Shown here piece after piece: positions 59,658 to 64,000 of a stretch of DNA of 64,000 bases. The position numbers and the translations under genes are program-made. The notes under the pieces were generated by a model that was not told where the DNA came from, did no database searches, and saw only the letters and a program-made list of their open reading frames with translations. Source of the DNA: an uncultured cyanobacterium (GTDB lineage Bacteria > Cyanobacteriota > Cyanobacteriia > PCC-9006 > JAAUQQ01); the NCBI GenBank assembly GCA_963718615.1, contig OY970368.1, positions 480,001 to 544,000 of the forward strand. Reading direction: 5' to 3'. Positions within the stretch are counted from its first letter, which is position 1. Each line of letters opens with the position of its first letter.

Positions 59658-61490
59658 ATGCAAGAGCTGACGACAGAAGTACTGGTGGTTGGGGGCGGAA
59701 CGGGGGGAACAGCAGCCGCAATTCAGGCGGCTCGGCGCGGTGCCCAGACGATTCTCGTCAGCGAAGGCCCTTGGCTAGGCGGCATGCTCACCAGCGCTGG
59801 CGTCAGCGTCCCCGATGGCAATGAACTGGTGGCGTTCCAAACCGGCATTTGGGGTCAGTTTTTGCGGGAACTGAGCCAACGACAACCCGAAGGATTAGAC
59901 CATAGTTGGGTCAGTTGCTTTGCCTACGATCCCCAAATCGGAGCCGAGATTTTTGCCGATTGGGTAGCTGCCCTGCCTAGTTTGACCTGGATTAGAGGCC
60001 AGAAGGCGATCGCCCTCAGCCTGTCCTCCCAACCCCCGAACCCCCGAACCCCCGAACCCCCCATCACCGTCCAATTCCCCGACTACCAAATCACCTCCCA
60101 AATCCTCCTCGACGGCACCGAACTCGGCAACCTGCTAGAACTCGGCCAAATCCCCCACCGCTGGGGCTGGGAACCCCAGGAGCAGTGGCAAGAACCCAGT
60201 GCCCCAACCCAGGTGGAGCTAGAGACTGATCCCTGGTTTGCCCGCTACCCGGTTCAGTCCCCCACTTGGGTGGTGGTGATGCAAGACTACGGCCCAGAGG
60301 CCCAGGCACCGCTGATCCCCGCCCCAGCGTTTGATGTAGAGCCAACCTTTGCCGGAGCCTGGGATCGCTACGGACCGGAAAAATTTTTGAACTATGGAAA
60401 ACTGCCCGGCGATCGCTTCATGATCAACTGGCCGATCCAGGGCAACGATTACGGCTTTGGCCTAGAACGACTTCGGGGCTCCCAGTTAGATTGGGAGACT
60501 TGGGCCAAGGAGGCGATCGCCCAATCCCAAGGCTTTGCTGCTTACATTCAGGGCCATATCGGTCGCCGTTACGGTCTCGCCACCCACTGTTTTCCATCCC
60601 AGGCAATCGGCGGCGGTGCCTATGGGCTCCAGCCCTACTATCGCGAAGGGCGACGGCTGATCGGGATGACCACGGTCACAGAACAGGATCTTTTACCCGT
60701 GGCGGGTGGATTCCGAGCAGCGCTTCCCCGCGACGGTTCGGGACAGGTGAGCGCGATCGCCATCGGCAACTACCCCAACGATCATCACTACCCCGAACGA
60801 GAAATCCAACTCGCCCCCAAGGCCCGACGCTGGGGCGGTCGTTGGACTGGCACACCCTTTACGATTCCCTTCGGCGCTTTGATTCCTGAAACCGTCGATG
60901 GTTTTCTCGCCTGCGAAAAAAATATTTCCGTCTCCCACATGGCCAACGGTGCGACCCGACTTCAGCCCACGGTTTTAGGCATTGGCCAAGCCGCAGGCAT
61001 GGCTGCCGCCCTTTGTATCGAGCGCCACTGTCAACCCCGCGATTTACCGATGCGAGTCTTACAGGAAGCTTTGTTGGGCGATCGCCAAGCCCCCAGCGCC
61101 CTCATCCCCCTCTTCAACCTCCCTCCCGATCATCCCGATTGGCAAACCATCCAACAGCACTATCTCAACCATCCTGACGACTATCCCCTGCGCGCCGAAC
61201 ACCCGGTCCCAGAACCGGCCTCAGTCCTAATCCCCCCCATCACCCCATCACCCCATCACCCCATCACCCCATCACCCTTCTTCCAACACCAAGACTCCCT
61301 CCTCCAAGCCAACGCCACCGGCTACCGCCTCCACCATCCCGATTACCCCGAAGGGCTACCGCTGATCACACTCCGGCCCGAAGTCGAGGAAAGGATGAGA
61401 CTGCTACAACCGGGTCAGAAAATTGCGATCGCCGGTCAGCTCAACCGGTCTGGCCCCTGGGTGCGGGTTGAGCGTTTGGAAATGCTCTAA
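59658..61490 (+). CDS. FAD-dependent oxidoreductase
   Basis: VLVVGGGTGG, LGGMLTSAG, DGTELG, YYREGRR, RLQP..GQAAG. Confidence 0.92.
   Translation: MQELTTEVLVVGGGTGGTAAAIQAARRGAQTILVSEGPWLGGMLTSAGVSVPDGNELVAFQTGIWGQFLRELSQRQPEGLDHSWVSCFAYDPQIGAEIFADWVAALPSLTWIRGQKAIALSLSSQPPNPRTPEPPITVQFPDYQITSQILLDGTELGNLLELGQIPHRWGWEPQEQWQEPSAPTQVELETDPWFARYPVQSPTWVVVMQDYGPEAQAPLIPAPAFDVEPTFAGAWDRYGPEKFLNYGKLPGDRFMINWPIQGNDYGFGLERLRGSQLDWETWAKEAIAQSQGFAAYIQGHIGRRYGLATHCFPSQAIGGGAYGLQPYYREGRRLIGMTTVTEQDLLPVAGGFRAALPRDGSGQVSAIAIGNYPNDHHYPEREIQLAPKARRWGGRWTGTPFTIPFGALIPETVDGFLACEKNISVSHMANGATRLQPTVLGIGQAAGMAAALCIERHCQPRDLPMRVLQEALLGDRQAPSALIPLFNLPPDHPDWQTIQQHYLNHPDDYPLRAEHPVPEPASVLIPPITPSPHHPITPSPFFQHQDSLLQANATGYRLHHPDYPEGLPLITLRPEVEERMRLLQPGQKIAIAGQLNRSGPWVRVERLEML
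60031..60060 (+). repeat. 8-bp tandem repeat (AACCCCCG)x3 plus a partial copy, inside a CDS
   Basis: Read directly. Confidence 0.9.
61235..61277 (+). repeat. 8-bp tandem repeat (CCCCATCA)x5 inside a CDS, STRR-like
   Basis: Read directly; encodes PITPSPHHPITPSP. Confidence 0.92.
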
Positions 61491-61547
61491 AAACAAATAC
61501 TCTAAAAACCTTAATTCTTAAGACCAGCCCAAGACCAATCTAAGACG

Positions 61548-62198
61548 TCAAGCCTTCAGGCGTTGGAGCGCGAGTTGGGCGCGGGCTTGGACGGCGATCG
61601 CCTCATCTTCAGCAACCGTTTTTGCGAGGCGGGCTTGGATGGGCGATCGCTGCTCAGCAATTCTCTCGTCCAGTTCTAGACCCAAGGCTTCCAATCCCGT
61701 CACTGCCGCATAGCGCACCACCCACTCATGGTCATCGCAAACTTTGACGAGGGTCTCTAGGGCAAGCGTCTGGGCCGCAGGAACTTCCCCAGCGGCAAAC
61801 AGTTGCCAGCACAACTTTCCGACCCCCCTAGCTGCTGCTCGCCGAACGCTTAGGGCAAAATCATCGATCGCCGCTTTAATCAGCAGGTCCATGCCGCGCG
61901 GATCGCCAATGCCTGCCAAGGCTCGCAGCGCCCAGGCCCGAGCGCCGTAGTTGTAGCCATCCAGCAGTTCCATCAAGGGCAAGACGGCAGGTTCCCCAAT
62001 AGCAATCAAACCATCCACGGCGGCCACGGCGGCACCGGGGTTGTTATAGCCCAAGACGGTGATCAGCGTGGGAACAGCCTCTGGCAGCTGAGTCGCGGCA
62101 ATATCTTCCACGGCAAAGCGAACGGCATCGGCGGTGCTGGCGCGATCGAGTTGGAGGAGGAGGGGCTGGAGGGTGTTGGGGCTGGCAGAGGCGTTCAT
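61548..62198 (-). CDS. cpcF: phycocyanobilin lyase subunit CpcF (HEAT repeats)
   Basis: LGYNNPGAAVAAVDGLI, LDGYNYGARAWA, DFALSVRRAAARG, EWVVRYAA. Confidence 0.88.
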   Translation of the reverse strand: MNASASPNTLQPLLLQLDRASTADAVRFAVEDIAATQLPEAVPTLITVLGYNNPGAAVAAVDGLIAIGEPAVLPLMELLDGYNYGARAWALRALAGIGDPRGMDLLIKAAIDDFALSVRRAAARGVGKLCWQLFAAGEVPAAQTLALETLVKVCDDHEWVVRYAAVTGLEALGLELDERIAEQRSPIQARLAKTVAEDEAIAVQARAQLALQRLKA

Positions 62199-62566
62199 CG
62201 TATGCAATTGCAAGAGTGAGCAGCAAGCGTGAGCAGTGTTTCCAGCTTACCGAAAAGTGTTTGGGTTTGACGCGATCGTCCCTTGAGCAATAGAGCGATC
62301 GCCAAATCCCGAAGACTCGTCACCGTTACTCCATCCTTATATCAAACAGGCAACATTGATCAAACAAGGATCAAACCAGCCAAAGTACCCACGAGGGTAC
62401 GTTCAAAATTAATCCCCAGATTTACTGTAGGAGGTAAGTAGAAATAAGGTCAAAAGATTGGTAATCCATCAAGAAATCTGGCTGATGTCTAGACCTTTTG
62501 ATCGAAGATACATGCCTCGTTTTGCCTTATTTCTTCTCTAACACTTCTCTAAACTAGGATACCATC

Positions 62567-63178
62567 ATGGCTAACTTGTCATTGCGAGTGCGCGAAGTTA
62601 AGTGCGTGGACGAAACGGGAGGTAACCGATTTACCGAAATTGGAAAAGATGATATCTACCTCGCTGCTGTTACCCTTGATTCACAGTATAGGGTTCGAAA
62701 AATCCCTCCTTTCAAGGTTGGAGGCTTTGATGATGGTGATAAGAAAACTTATTCGCCACCGAAGGCTGTAGCTTCTTTTGACCTACCGAATGATCGTTTT
62801 CCCCACAATGTTCTCGTCAACCTCGTTTTGATTGAAAAAGATAGTGGCAATCAAATTGATCCTTTTCTAGACAAGCTTGCAGCAAAAACAAAGGCCGCTG
62901 CTGATGATGCTAGAGCCAAAGCCAAAGCCAAAGCTGATGCGGTCGGCGGAACGGCTAAAGCCGATGACGGCGACAGTGGGATTTGGAAGGCTGTTGTTGA
63001 AGTTCTTGTTGTCGTTGGCAAAGAGATCTTTAAGGAAATTCGGAAAGATGATATTTTTCCACCTGTTCCGATTCGAGGAACTTTCACCTCTCCCAAAGTT
63101 GATGGACGTGAATACGTCGCGACCTTTAAGGGACATGATGGACATTATCGAGTTACTTACGATTGGTTCATCTCCTAA
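62567..63178 (+). CDS. hypothetical protein (beta-rich, Asp-clustered; AT-richer than its neighbours)
   Basis: AGGA SD, 203-aa ORF, no signal peptide. Confidence 0.8.
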   Translation: MANLSLRVREVKCVDETGGNRFTEIGKDDIYLAAVTLDSQYRVRKIPPFKVGGFDDGDKKTYSPPKAVASFDLPNDRFPHNVLVNLVLIEKDSGNQIDPFLDKLAAKTKAAADDARAKAKAKADAVGGTAKADDGDSGIWKAVVEVLVVVGKEIFKEIRKDDIFPPVPIRGTFTSPKVDGREYVATFKGHDGHYRVTYDWFIS

Positions 63179-63317
63179 GCTTGAACTCTGATTAGCGCTC
63201 ATGGCCACGCCTTCCTGGAATGGGTTAGATAATGGGCAGCACCTTTGGGTAATAGGGCAGATTCGTCACCCCGGTAGAATAGGGAATGCTCAACCACGCT
63301 CCTAGGCCCATTTACCG

Positions 63318-64000
63318 ATGCTGCATTTCTCTAAAGCCCGTTCCTGGTTTATGGTCATTCTTGTGCTAGCCGCCTTGGTAGGCTGTGGCGATCGCCAATC
63401 TCTAACCCCCACAGCCTCCAGCCCCAATCCCAACGCCAATCCCACCCCCCCCGACCCCCTCAGTCCAGCCTCTGACCCAACCCCCACAGAGTCAATATCC
63501 GTTACCACCGCCCCTAGCACCAACGCTCCTAGCACTAACGCTCCGGCCCTCGCCCTTGGCCAATATTGCTACACCACCCAAACCCAAACCCTATCCCAAG
63601 CCCTGCGCCTCAATCTTGCCGCCGATGGCTCCGTCACCGGAGATAGTGTTGCCACGGTCCAAAACGATGCAGCGGCATACTACACCAGCTATCGTCAGCA
63701 ATTTTCTGGCCAACTCAGTGCAAACCAACTCGCCGCCAATATAACCACCTGGATCGAATACGACGTTCAAAAAACCACCGCAACCTGGCGCGTCACCGCA
63801 GACCAGATCAAGACCGATCGTGAAACCCTCACCGCAGTAGACTGTGCAACCGTCAAAGAGCGTTTCGCGGGTCCCAATGGCCTAGAAGCGAATGATTTAC
63901 TAGATGGGGCTCAAAACGTCCATCGTCAAGTCGTGCAGTTTGAGCCCGGTGCTTCCTCGGCGGTACTGGAAGGGGCTGTGGTGCGGGGCGATCGCGATCT
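63318..64000 (+). CDS. lipoprotein, truncated by the window end (not in the ORF track)
   Basis: Hand translation MLHFSKARSWFMVILVLAALVG|C lipobox, Pro/Thr linker, open to ...VQFEPGASSAVLEGAVVRGDRD. Confidence 0.82.
   Translation, partial: MLHFSKARSWFMVILVLAALVGCGDRQSLTPTASSPNPNANPTPPDPLSPASDPTPTESISVTTAPSTNAPSTNAPALALGQYCYTTQTQTLSQALRLNLAADGSVTGDSVATVQNDAAAYYTSYRQQFSGQLSANQLAANITTWIEYDVQKTTATWRVTADQIKTDRETLTAVDCATVKERFAGPNGLEANDLLDGAQNVHRQVVQFEPGASSAVLEGAVVRGDRD

Larger units (their letters stand above)
1..64000. repeat. dispersed HIP1 octamer GCGATCGC
   Basis: Very frequent throughout core genes (e.g. 6751-6758, 10986-10993); sparse in the AT-richer inserts. Confidence 0.95.

Noticed and set aside
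62385-62400. NtcA site
   Set aside because: Spacing is GTA-N10-TAC, not N8.

Overview
Chromosomal segment of a HIP1 (GCGATCGC)-rich, phycobiliprotein-containing cyanobacterium; the hpsA-D-like cluster suggests a motile, probably filamentous one (inference). Most of the window is conserved core: mtnA, metG, LabA-family NYN, lptC, petB-petD, ctpA, pgeF, birA, hemE, ybaB-murB-murC, gap2, thiL, a CYP38-type PPIase, efp-accB, murF, recJ, larB/cpmA, ispF, murG, lepB and cpcF. Several visibly AT-richer inserts interrupt it: an Rpn/PD-(D/E)XK nuclease with a candidate internal antitoxin start, a four-gene minor-pilin (hpsA-D-like) cassette with a 1680-aa PilX-like protein, a fused wHTH-HATPase-STAS(DUF4325) gene preceded by three helically phased direct repeats, a pRiA4b-ORF3 gene next to a K+ channel, and an orphan 203-aa gene. 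The window also has many unrelated 12-18 bp tandem duplications at gene boundaries, several touching CTAG. I saw no rRNA, tRNA, CRISPR array or intact IS element. All family calls come from motif recognition by eye, not database searches, and GC/HIP1 statements are visual impressions.
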